A DNA stretch of 64,000 bases from Candidatus Woesebacteria bacterium. Lineage in GTDB: Bacteria; Patescibacteriota; Saccharimonadia; Saccharimonadales; EFPC-124. A program made the translations under genes and the position numbers. Positions 26,578-35,580 of this stretch are shown in pieces. The notes under the pieces were generated by a model. The model ran no database searches and had not been told where the DNA came from. It saw nothing but the letters and a program-made list of their open reading frames with translations. Position 1 is the stretch's first letter. Every line of letters begins with the position of its first letter. Location of the stretch: positions 34,673 through 98,672 of the forward strand of contig JASFQB010000003.1 of assembly GCA_050115675.1 (NCBI GenBank), in the 5' to 3' direction.

Positions 26578-28440
26578 TTACAGCTTGAGTAAGGCGTAGC
26601 GTTGATCTTCGTACAAAACTTTTAGGTTCTTTTTTAAATTATCAGCTAAATGAGGTCTGTTATTAGAAAGCTGCTTATCAACAATTACATATTGCAGGCC
26701 AATTGCCTTCATTTTTGCTATGTCATCTGGCTCAAAGTCTTTGTACTCGGCATATTCTATAAAGTAGTTTGGTGGAGTGTATCCGCTGTAGCCGTTAAAT
26801 ATATTACGATTATGATACCCTGACCAAAGCACATCCTCTGCCCTAACTACAGGTATGGGCGCGCCAGGATAGTCCTCGTCACCCCTTAAAACTATGATAT
26901 TGTTAATCTCTTTGTGCTCTTTAACATATTTATAAACTTCTGGTATTGTCAAATTAAAGTTAAACGAATTTTCTGCATGCACTGGAACTTGATAAAGAGG
27001 CATCAGTTCAAAAGCTAGCAATGCACACACAGCAATACTAATTAGCTTTTCGCGCTTTTTAAACCACTGTTTTTCATGAACGTAGTAAGCGGCATACGCC
27101 AACAAACAACAAAGAACAAACAAAAACAATACGCTCCAACGACCAACAGCCCTAATAAACGTTAGCTGCGGCAAAAATTTATCAATTAGCAAATATGGCA
27201 ACGGAAGTGCCAGTTGGATACCATCGGCAGCCGACCCATAAGCATAATTACCTTTTATCTTAAGTAAGGGCCCAAGCGACAGCACCAAACCAACAAGTCC
27301 TATAGAAGTCATTGTGATAACCAAGCCAAAACGACGCATAGCCTCTGCACCCTTTTTACGCTTTAGAAATACAAACACCACTAAAGCCGCAGCCAAAACA
27401 TACAAGGTGATACCATGATAAGAAATGCTATCTAAATTATAAGCATTAAGCCCTGGGCCAATATGAAGCCAGCTTGCTATTTTTCCCCACAAAGTGCCAC
27501 TGTTTGGCAAAAAATAATCTAACAAGCTAGACGAATAAAGGGTTTGATCCTTCAGGCTAAATGCCGCCCCAGTCTCTTCTGAAAACCTCATATATTGCAA
27601 GGCCAAAGGCAAAATTGCAATAATCGCCGCCAGCATTGCGGCAGCCACCGCCATAACCTGCTTTAGCTTGGCAATTTTAAATATCAAAAATCCTAGTAGC
27701 AAAATACCAATCGCAACACCAACAAAAACCATATTGTACCAAGACGCATAAAACTGCAAAGTCAGTGTTGCAAATAGTCCAACTAAATAACCCTTTTTGC
27801 GTGTATCAAAATACTTAAATATCAGCAAAAAGGCCAACGGCAAATAGAATATGCTCCAGTTTTGCAAATGAAAAATTGCAGCCATTCTAAACGGCGCAAA
27901 AGCAAAGATTAAACCCGCAGCAGTAGACACCAATTCACTACCTCGGCTCAAATACTTGGCAAGCAAATACATAAAAAAGCCACACAAAAATACACTAACT
28001 ATCGTCCAAACATTGTAGGCAAATATAGGATTACTATTTATAAAGTGCAAAGGCAACGTAAGAACTCCGGCAGAAAGCTGAGTTTCTGAGTACAACATAG
28101 TATCTTTGTTTGGAAAGTATATATTGGCATCTACGTAATTTGGGCAATTGTCTCCTAAAATGCAGTTGTGATTACGGCTCAATGTCCATGCGTTAAACAT
28201 CGCATCTCCGCCTTCACTCCAAGAATCAATGCGAACTATCATTGGCCAGAAAAAAACAATGGCTGCAAGCAGTATTACAACCGTTCCTATCCAGTTTTGC
28301 TTGAAGAATGCGCAAACAATAGCAAAAGTTTTTTTAAGCCACGCGTTAACGTTTTGACCTCGTGCAGAGATTTTTGCATTTTTAGATTGTTTTTTATCAC
28401 CCACTGTAAGCTTTTTTAGCAACGCTCTTGCTCTTTTCAT
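26578..28440 (-). CDS. Large polytopic membrane protein, probable GT-C-type glycosyltransferase (GtrC-like role)
   Basis: 620 aa, many TM helices plus a C-terminal soluble domain. Directly upstream of a GT2 (GtrB-like) gene and across from a GtrA gene. Confidence 0.6.
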   Translation of the reverse strand: MKRARALLKKLTVGDKKQSKNAKISARGQNVNAWLKKTFAIVCAFFKQNWIGTVVILLAAIVFFWPMIVRIDSWSEGGDAMFNAWTLSRNHNCILGDNCPNYVDANIYFPNKDTMLYSETQLSAGVLTLPLHFINSNPIFAYNVWTIVSVFLCGFFMYLLAKYLSRGSELVSTAAGLIFAFAPFRMAAIFHLQNWSIFYLPLAFLLIFKYFDTRKKGYLVGLFATLTLQFYASWYNMVFVGVAIGILLLGFLIFKIAKLKQVMAVAAAMLAAIIAILPLALQYMRFSEETGAAFSLKDQTLYSSSLLDYFLPNSGTLWGKIASWLHIGPGLNAYNLDSISYHGITLYVLAAALVVFVFLKRKKGAEAMRRFGLVITMTSIGLVGLVLSLGPLLKIKGNYAYGSAADGIQLALPLPYLLIDKFLPQLTFIRAVGRWSVLFLFVLCCLLAYAAYYVHEKQWFKKREKLISIAVCALLAFELMPLYQVPVHAENSFNFNLTIPEVYKYVKEHKEINNIIVLRGDEDYPGAPIPVVRAEDVLWSGYHNRNIFNGYSGYTPPNYFIEYAEYKDFEPDDIAKMKAIGLQYVIVDKQLSNNRPHLADNLKKNLKVLYEDQRYALLKL

Positions 28441-28447
28441 GCCAAAT

Positions 28448-29167
28448 TTACCTGTTTATCGTGTTATATCTAACAATCTCTACAATCGCCTTTACGCCAT
28501 CTTTAAAGCCAATTTTTTTACCCTCTTCTTTGCTGCGACCATAGTAGCTAATGCCAATTTCGTATACCTTTGCTCCGCTTCGGGCAACTCGCGCAGTAAC
28601 TTCTGGCTCAAAACCAAACCTTTTAGCCTGCAATTTGTCTGCAATTTTGCGAATCAAATCACCCCTAAACACTTTGTAGCACGTTTCCATATCTGTAAGA
28701 TTTAGCCCAGTAAACATGTTTGACAGCATTGTTAAAAACTTATTTGCAACCTGATTGCGATAGTAAATTATACGATGCGGTTCGCCACCAATAAATCGTG
28801 ATCCATAAACTACGTCTGCATGTCCTCGTTCAATAGGGTAAAGAAGCCTTGTGTACTCTTGTGGGTCATATTCTAAATCAGCATCCTGAATAACAACTAC
28901 GTCGCCAGTGCTCTCTTGTATGCCCTTCTTTAAAGCAGCACCCTTTCCTTGGTTTACCTCTTGAAATACTAATTTAATGTCTTTATTTTTTTGAGCAAGT
29001 TTTTTTAGTATATCGCGGGTACCATCTTTTGAACCATCATCAACAATAATAATTTCTTTCTTAGTTGAGCCCAAGTCTACATCCTCTACCTCTTGCAAGA
29101 TAGTCTCGATAGTGTCTTTTTCGTTGTAGCATGGCATAATAATTGACAGCTTTTTAGCTTTGGCCAT
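28448..29167 (-). CDS. Glycosyltransferase family 2 (polyprenol-phosphate sugar synthase, GtrB/Dpm1-like)
   Basis: 239 aa. [28 protein letters not shown] (DxD). Confidence 0.88.
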   Translation of the reverse strand: MAKAKKLSIIMPCYNEKDTIETILQEVEDVDLGSTKKEIIIVDDGSKDGTRDILKKLAQKNKDIKLVFQEVNQGKGAALKKGIQESTGDVVVIQDADLEYDPQEYTRLLYPIERGHADVVYGSRFIGGEPHRIIYYRNQVANKFLTMLSNMFTGLNLTDMETCYKVFRGDLIRKIADKLQAKRFGFEPEVTARVARSGAKVYEIGISYYGRSKEEGKKIGFKDGVKAIVEIVRYNTINR

Positions 29168-29251
29168 AGATTTTACCTCTCATCACAGTCATTATAAGTT
29201 AAATTTATGCTAACATAAGCATAGCAAGAAGTATAGTTTAAAGAGAGATAA

Positions 29252-29680
29252 ATGAAACAATTACTGCGAGTTGATTTTGTACGCTTTTGCATTGTGGGTG
29301 CAACTGGCTTTGCGGCCAATTTTATAATTCTAACCATGCTTTTTAAAGTTTTTGGCTGGCCAATTTTTATTGCGCAGCTTGTTGCAAGTGAAATATCACT
29401 ATTTAGCAATTTTATTCTGCACGACCGCTGGACTTATAAGCATAAAACTGTTACAAAAACCATTTCACAACTGCTTATACAGTTTCATATTTCATCGTGG
29501 ATGGCAATTCTAGGTAGCGCCCTACTTGTAGCATTTATGGTAGATAGATTAAATTGGAGCTACGTAATAGCTTTAATGGTAAGCTCTGCTATTGCTATGA
29601 TTTGGAATTTTAGCTGGACAAAATTTGTTATTTGGAGAAACGAGCAAGAGGCATTAAAAGGAGAAAATCATGAAAATTAG
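29252..29680 (+). CDS. GtrA-family membrane protein
   Basis: 142 aa. VRFCIVGATGFAANFIIL... and HDRWTY motif, four TM helices. Confidence 0.85.
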   Translation: MKQLLRVDFVRFCIVGATGFAANFIILTMLFKVFGWPIFIAQLVASEISLFSNFILHDRWTYKHKTVTKTISQLLIQFHISSWMAILGSALLVAFMVDRLNWSYVIALMVSSAIAMIWNFSWTKFVIWRNEQEALKGENHEN

Positions 29681-30989
29681 CGTCATCGGCACAGGATACG
29701 TTGGACTTGTTACTGGCACTTGCTTTGCAGAAGCTGGAAATCAAGTAACCTGCATGGACATCGACAAAGATAAGGTTAAAAGGATGGAAAACGGCCATAT
29801 ACCTATTTACGAACCCGGCCTAGAAGAAATGTTCAAACGCAACATTCGAGATAAAAAATTACACTTTACCTCTAGTTTGACAGACGCCATTAAAGGTGCT
29901 GAACTAATATTTTTATCACTACCAACCCCTCCCGGCGAAGATGGCTCAGCAGATTTATCTTACGTATTAGAGGTAGCCGAACAACTCGGAAAAACGATCA
30001 AAGAGTTTGTGGTTATCGTAAACAAAAGCACAGTACCAATTGAAACCACAGAAAAAATTCGCAAAACAGTCGCAAAAAATGCAAAGGTAGATTTTACTGT
30101 CGCCTCTAATCCCGAGTTCTTGAAGGAGGGCGTTGCCGTTGCTGACTTTATGAAACCTGATCGAATCGTAATTGGGACATCGTCGCAAAAAGTTCGAAAC
30201 ATAATGACAAAGTTGTACGAACCCTTTGTAGATGACACACGCAACATCCTATTTATGGACGAGCGCTCGGCTGAAATGACCAAATACGCTGCAAATTCAT
30301 TTTTAGCAACAAAAATCTCCTTTATGAACGAGATTGCAAATCTATGTGAAAAAGCCGGAGCAGATGTTGATCAAGTACGAATAGGCATTGGTGCTGACGT
30401 CAGAATCGGTAAACACTTTCTTTATGCAGGTATTGGTTATGGCGGCAGCTGTTTTCCTAAAGACGTAAAAGCCCTACACTACACCGCCTCAAGCTACGAT
30501 AGCTCAACATGCATATTAAAAGCCGTCATGGAAACAAACAAAGAACAAAAACAGCGTCTTGCACAAAAAACACTCCACTACTTTAAGGGCGACGTTGCCG
30601 GCAAAACCTTTGCACTATGGGGATTGGCCTTTAAGCCCTGCACCGACGACATTCGCGAAGCCCCAGCGCTAGAAATTATAAAAGAATTGACCAGTAACGG
30701 AGCAACGGTCATAACATACGACCCAGAAGCAGCAGAAAATGTTAAAAAATTCTATGGCGATAACAAACGGCTAAAATTTGCCAACAACGAATATGACGCA
30801 CTAAAAAATGCCGATGCTCTGCTAATAGCTACTGATTGGTCAGAATTTAAAAATCCAGATTTTGCACAAATTAAAAAATTACTCAAAAACCCAGTTATCT
30901 TTGACGGCCGCAACATATTCGACCTAAAAACAATGAAGTCAGAAGGTTTTTATTACGAAAGCATAGGAAGGAAAATCATAAATGGATAA
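29670..30989 (+). CDS. ugd: UDP-glucose 6-dehydrogenase
   Basis: 439 aa. MKISVIGTGYVGLVTG, catalytic GGSCFPKD, full-length match to the Ugd layout. Confidence 0.93.
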   Translation: MKISVIGTGYVGLVTGTCFAEAGNQVTCMDIDKDKVKRMENGHIPIYEPGLEEMFKRNIRDKKLHFTSSLTDAIKGAELIFLSLPTPPGEDGSADLSYVLEVAEQLGKTIKEFVVIVNKSTVPIETTEKIRKTVAKNAKVDFTVASNPEFLKEGVAVADFMKPDRIVIGTSSQKVRNIMTKLYEPFVDDTRNILFMDERSAEMTKYAANSFLATKISFMNEIANLCEKAGADVDQVRIGIGADVRIGKHFLYAGIGYGGSCFPKDVKALHYTASSYDSSTCILKAVMETNKEQKQRLAQKTLHYFKGDVAGKTFALWGLAFKPCTDDIREAPALEIIKELTSNGATVITYDPEAAENVKKFYGDNKRLKFANNEYDALKNADALLIATDWSEFKNPDFAQIKKLLKNPVIFDGRNIFDLKTMKSEGFYYESIGRKIING

Positions 30990-31935
30990 GCCAACTATTT
31001 TAATTGCAGGAGGCGCTGGCTTTTTGGGATCGCACCTTTGCGACGCCTATACCGCAAAAGACTATAACGTCATAGCTGTGGATAACCTGTGTACTGGTGC
31101 GCACCAAAATATCGAGCATCTAGTTGGCAACCCAAACTTTACATTTGTAAAACACGATATTTGTCAACCACTACCTCAAGAGGTAACTAGCAAAGATATA
31201 AAAATAGTTGCCAACTTAGCTTCTCCCGCCAGCCCCCCTCATTATCAAAGACTGTCTATGGAAACTTTAAACGTTGGTTCAATTGGCGTGCAAAATTTAC
31301 TTGAACTTACCCGGCAAAAAAATGCTCGCTTTATGCAAGCATCTACAAGCGAAGTTTACGGCGACCCAGAAGTTCACCCACAACCTGAAAGCTATCGCGG
31401 CTGCGTTAACTCGTACGGACCACGCAGCATGTACGACGAATCAAAACGCTTTGCCGAAGCTATGATTTACTCTTACAAGACAAAATATAACCTAAACACT
31501 GGAATAATCCGCATCTTCAACACCTACGGCCCGCGGATGGACAAAGACGATGGTCGAGTTGTATCTAACTTTGTTGTACAGGCGCTACAAAACAAGCCTC
31601 TAACCGTGTACGGCAAAGGCGACCAGACCAGAAGCTTCTGCTATGTTAGCGACTTAATAGCAGGCATGGTTGCAATGATGGACTCTAGCGAAGAAGGCCC
31701 AATAAACCTCGGCAATCCTGACGAATTTACAATTATAGAGCTCGCAAATATCATAAACGATCTTGTAGGCAATAAGTCAGAGATAATTTACAAGCCACTT
31801 CCGGGCGACGACCCAACCCAACGAAAACCAATAATCGACAGAGCCAAAACAAAGCTCAATTGGCAACCAAGCGTAAAATTAAAAGACGGCCTAAAGCCGA
31901 CTATTGAGTATTTTGCAAAAGAAATTAGCAAATAA
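30982..31935 (+). CDS. uxs: UDP-glucuronate decarboxylase (UDP-xylose synthase)
   Basis: 317 aa. GGAGFLGSH, YDESKRFAE (YxxxK), RIFNTYGPRM...DGRVVSNF, typical of the UXS subgroup of SDRs. Confidence 0.88.
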   Translation: MDKPTILIAGGAGFLGSHLCDAYTAKDYNVIAVDNLCTGAHQNIEHLVGNPNFTFVKHDICQPLPQEVTSKDIKIVANLASPASPPHYQRLSMETLNVGSIGVQNLLELTRQKNARFMQASTSEVYGDPEVHPQPESYRGCVNSYGPRSMYDESKRFAEAMIYSYKTKYNLNTGIIRIFNTYGPRMDKDDGRVVSNFVVQALQNKPLTVYGKGDQTRSFCYVSDLIAGMVAMMDSSEEGPINLGNPDEFTIIELANIINDLVGNKSEIIYKPLPGDDPTQRKPIIDRAKTKLNWQPSVKLKDGLKPTIEYFAKEISK

Positions 31936-31991
31936 ACGTTCGTGGCTGGGTCAAAGATAAGATCATCCTTAACCCAGCCTGCTATACTAAA

Positions 31992-32372
31992 CTAAAACTT
32001 TAGGACTTGCCTATTGCCGCTGCCAATCTGCACGCCGCTTACACCGTCCATCGTTACGTTGCATGTGCGAGTTGCTACCTCCATTCTAGCGCTACCGGGC
32101 GAACCAACCACTGTTACCTCATCGGCCCTTTTAACAATAGCAACTCGCGAGCCCGCAGGTGGCTCCGCGCTAAGCGCAGCCGGGTCGATATATCCTTCGT
32201 CTTCAGGATTCAGAAAAACAATCCTTGCTCCTTCTCGGGCAATAATCCTGCCTGTTCGCAGGTTGACCATTGAAGCACCATCAAAGTGAATGCGTGGCCA
32301 TTCGACCTCAATAAACGCAACGCTACTACCGATAACGATTTTGTCGTTAACCACGATGTAGTGCGCAAACAT
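31992..32372 (-). CDS. Hypothetical 126-aa protein (GC-richer orphan)
   Basis: ORF with stop-poor antisense strand (two antisense ORFs of 88-91 aa in the track). Beta-rich sequence, C-terminus CNVTMDGVSGVQIGSGNRQVLKF. Confidence 0.6.
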   Translation of the reverse strand: MFAHYIVVNDKIVIGSSVAFIEVEWPRIHFDGASMVNLRTGRIIAREGARIVFLNPEDEGYIDPAALSAEPPAGSRVAIVKRADEVTVVGSPGSARMEVATRTCNVTMDGVSGVQIGSGNRQVLKF

Positions 32373-32482
32373 CTCGCAAACTCCTCATTTTGTAGTTTTC
32401 AGTCTGATATAATTATGCCAGATTTTTATATAAATAGCAATAGCCCGAACTGCTACATCAGTCTCTTTTTATAATTTCATTA

Positions 32483-32920
32483 TTAAGTTTCGTCAGCTTC
32501 GGCAAAAAGTATAGTTTGCAAACCATCGTCACTATTTGCTTTAGATTTTTCAGATAGTTTGACTCTTCTAATATTTGACAGCTCTATCGATACCTTTTCG
32601 TGAAGCTCAACAAACCTGCGTTCTTGATTGTCTACCTTTGTATATAGCCTTAGTATTAAAAACAAACAAAAACTTATGCCAGTGACCAACACAACATCCA
32701 CAATACTTAATGGAGTACTGTCTGTTAGGTTTTTTCTAATTAGAAATTCATAAATTTCTTGAACAAAAACCAAACCAATTAGAATTGTTACCCAAAAGCC
32801 AAGTCGCGTTATAAACCCAATAGTCTTTATTGAACCTTTTTTATATGCCGAAATCGCCTTAAGCATGCCGTATATTACCAACGGCACATTAAGTAACATT
32901 AGAAGCGTATATTTACCCAT
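32483..32920 (-). CDS. Small multi-TM membrane protein coupled to GT2 (DUF2304-like arrangement)
   Basis: 145 aa with four hydrophobic helices and a charged C-terminal tail. 8-nt overlap with the upstream GT2 gene. Confidence 0.55.
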   Translation of the reverse strand: MGKYTLLMLLNVPLVIYGMLKAISAYKKGSIKTIGFITRLGFWVTILIGLVFVQEIYEFLIRKNLTDSTPLSIVDVVLVTGISFCLFLILRLYTKVDNQERRFVELHEKVSIELSNIRRVKLSEKSKANSDDGLQTILFAEADET

Positions 32921-33641
32921 TTATCAAACCTATTACTCGTCTTTTAATAAGCTCCCAAACCAGCGGCAGTCCGTTCCAGTTTGATTGCCCTTTGCCCAAA
33001 GAATAATCAGAATATATCGCTTTAATTGGAAGCTCTTTTAAGCGCAATCCACTGCGATGCGCCATCCAAATCATCTCTGAACAAAAAGCATACGAACTAC
33101 TATGAAATGTCATCTTTTCTAAAGCTTGCCTGTTTATTGCTTTTAACCCAGATTGGGAATCTGTCACCAGCACCCCAAACAGCATAAACGTAATTATGTT
33201 TAGGCCATAATTGCCAATGATCCTGTACCACACCATGCCTTCTTGACGTTTTAGCAATCGACTACCAATAATAAAGTCTGCCTCGTCTTTTACAATGGCG
33301 CGCGCAAGTTTTATTACATCGTCAACAGCATGCTGGCCATCTGCATCCATAGTAATAACATAGTCATATCCGTTATCTTTTGCATACCTAAGACCCGTGC
33401 GCGTTGCTCCTCCTGCCCCACTGTTTAGAATATGATCAACAATAACTACATGATTGCGCCTTGCAACAACGTTATAAGTGCTGTCCACCGAGCCATCATT
33501 TACAACAACAGCAGTAATAGAGACTTTATTTTTGCGAACAACAACATATCGTGGCAGACTGTCCAGAACACTGCCAATAACTTTAGCTTCGTTATAGGCA
33601 GGGATAATAACACACACCCCCTTGCCTCGACCTCTATTCAT
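32913..33641 (-). CDS. Glycosyltransferase family 2
   Basis: 242 aa. VCVIIPAYNE, NDGSVDST, MDADGQH (DxD). Confidence 0.88.
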   Translation of the reverse strand: MNRGRGKGVCVIIPAYNEAKVIGSVLDSLPRYVVVRKNKVSITAVVVNDGSVDSTYNVVARRNHVVIVDHILNSGAGGATRTGLRYAKDNGYDYVITMDADGQHAVDDVIKLARAIVKDEADFIIGSRLLKRQEGMVWYRIIGNYGLNIITFMLFGVLVTDSQSGLKAINRQALEKMTFHSSSYAFCSEMIWMAHRSGLRLKELPIKAIYSDYSLGKGQSNWNGLPLVWELIKRRVIGLING

Positions 33642-33669
33642 TATTTATCTCCATATTCTTATTTATAGA

Positions 33670-35580
33670 TTACAAGAAGGTAACCGCTTTCCCAAGGACT
33701 CCTTTAAAATACTCTTCTGAGGCGGGATCAGTTATTACATAATACTTGCGGCCATCTTTTGCATATTCTTCTGAGCATTTTTTGACAGCCTCAACGACCT
33801 CTTGCTGCTCCGTTTTACTTCCAGTGCCATACGTCATTAAACCATAGATTTTACTACTATAAGCCAGGGAGCCACCAACAACATCAAGATTTTGACTTAC
33901 ATTACCAGCCCAACTTGGCAATAGTTGACTACCAAAAACCCTTTTTTCACTAAAATCATAATGCAAAACAACCACGTTATAACTACGAATCCTATTAGTC
34001 GTACCCAGGTCTACCATTTTTTGAATATCTTCTCTGTAAAATGCCGGCCCGCCAGTCATTGCTCGTTCCGACATCAACGGATTACCACTAATAGCCAACA
34101 ATAAAAATATTAGCAAACCAAATACCGTAGGGGCAAAAAGCCATTTAACCATTTCTTTTAGGCGTGTTTTTGAGATTATTTTTATAAACAACACAGCAAA
34201 AATTACCAGCAAAACTAGTTCAAGCATATAAGAAGTTTTTATAGCATAATAACGGACCTCACCCACCATAAATAAATGAACAGCTGCTAGCCCACCAACT
34301 AATAAAAACGACGGCAAAAGCACGCATACCATAAAACGTCGTAAGCTATCTGATACACGCCCGATTACAACAACGTAAATCAGCAACAGCAACCCCGCAA
34401 GCACAAAAGCGCCATTAAACACGGTTATACTTCCGCCGTTGGTAAACTGATTTATTTCGTAATACTTAAAGTGAAAGTACAGGGGTACCAGAAAAGACAA
34501 AAAACCAACATAAACCGGTAAATATTTTTTATCTAAAAGCTTTTTGACATCACCAAGCTTTTTAAAATTATAAATTAAATACAATCCAGGAATTGCCACA
34601 AACAATGGCAGCGCCGTTGGGCCCCAGCTCATAGCCACAGAAAAACCAAAAGCCATATACGCCACAGCAAACCAGCAATCTTTAGACGTTTTTAGTTTTA
34701 AGCCGCTCAAAAACAATAAACTCGCAACAAAAACCGCGCATATGTAATAGTAATTTAAAAAGCCTTGCTGTGCATATAGAAATAGATAAAATACACTAAG
34801 ACTTGGCCCAATCAGCAAAGACAGCATAATATTATTGTTGTTTTTTGCCTTTATCTTTACCAACTCAAACAATTTTTGACCCGCATAGTACAAAACATAA
34901 GCCAAAATGAATCCCCAAACAATATACTGAGCAATAAACAATCTTGCACAGCCCGCCCAATCTAAATCAGATTGATGAACATTAAATGCATCCATAAAAA
35001 CTGTTTGGGCAATATGAAATCCTTTAGGATAATATCCGTTTTTGCCGTAAGTTAAATGTTGATTATGATGCATTTCACTCAACATAGAATTATGGGCAGA
35101 TCCATCCGGGCTTTGCAACGCCCCAAAAGAAGTTATGCGCGCAAGATCATCTCCCCAAATTGTAAATAGCATAAACGGCACCACAAAAAACAATGCTGTC
35201 ATAATCGCACCAAGATCTTTGCCATTTAAAAATCTTGCAGACTTATCACGGCTATTACCCAAAAAAGCCATTGTTAAAAGTATTAAGAATGTCGATATAA
35301 GACTAAGTATTTTAAAATCGCTTTGGGGAGCAACAAAAAACTGCACAGCTGCCGCCACTTGAAAAAAGCTAAAAGCTATCAAGATAGCAAAAATAAATCT
35401 AGCAAAAATACTCTGAATTACGCGCGGATACGGCAAACCGTATGCCAAAACAAGTATCACGCCAATTACAAATAAAAATCTTACATCAAAAAAGTATAGC
35501 ACCTGCCCCGCAAGCAGCGTCGCCAAACACGCCAATATGCATTTGTCTTTGGCGATCGCCTTAAGATTATTGGCTAGCAT
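33670..35580 (-). CDS. Large polytopic membrane protein, paralogue 1 of a tandem pair
   Basis: About 636 aa (ATG 35580 preferred over the TTG at 35601). At least 12 TM helices and a C-terminal soluble domain. Shares motifs IFARF, LQSPD, YPKGFH, GFLNYYY, PAFY, LHYD and YYVITD with the next gene. Confidence 0.75.
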   Translation of the reverse strand: MLANNLKAIAKDKCILACLATLLAGQVLYFFDVRFLFVIGVILVLAYGLPYPRVIQSIFARFIFAILIAFSFFQVAAAVQFFVAPQSDFKILSLISTFLILLTMAFLGNSRDKSARFLNGKDLGAIMTALFFVVPFMLFTIWGDDLARITSFGALQSPDGSAHNSMLSEMHHNQHLTYGKNGYYPKGFHIAQTVFMDAFNVHQSDLDWAGCARLFIAQYIVWGFILAYVLYYAGQKLFELVKIKAKNNNNIMLSLLIGPSLSVFYLFLYAQQGFLNYYYICAVFVASLLFLSGLKLKTSKDCWFAVAYMAFGFSVAMSWGPTALPLFVAIPGLYLIYNFKKLGDVKKLLDKKYLPVYVGFLSFLVPLYFHFKYYEINQFTNGGSITVFNGAFVLAGLLLLIYVVVIGRVSDSLRRFMVCVLLPSFLLVGGLAAVHLFMVGEVRYYAIKTSYMLELVLLVIFAVLFIKIISKTRLKEMVKWLFAPTVFGLLIFLLLAISGNPLMSERAMTGGPAFYREDIQKMVDLGTTNRIRSYNVVVLHYDFSEKRVFGSQLLPSWAGNVSQNLDVVGGSLAYSSKIYGLMTYGTGSKTEQQEVVEAVKKCSEEYAKDGRKYYVITDPASEEYFKGVLGKAVTFL

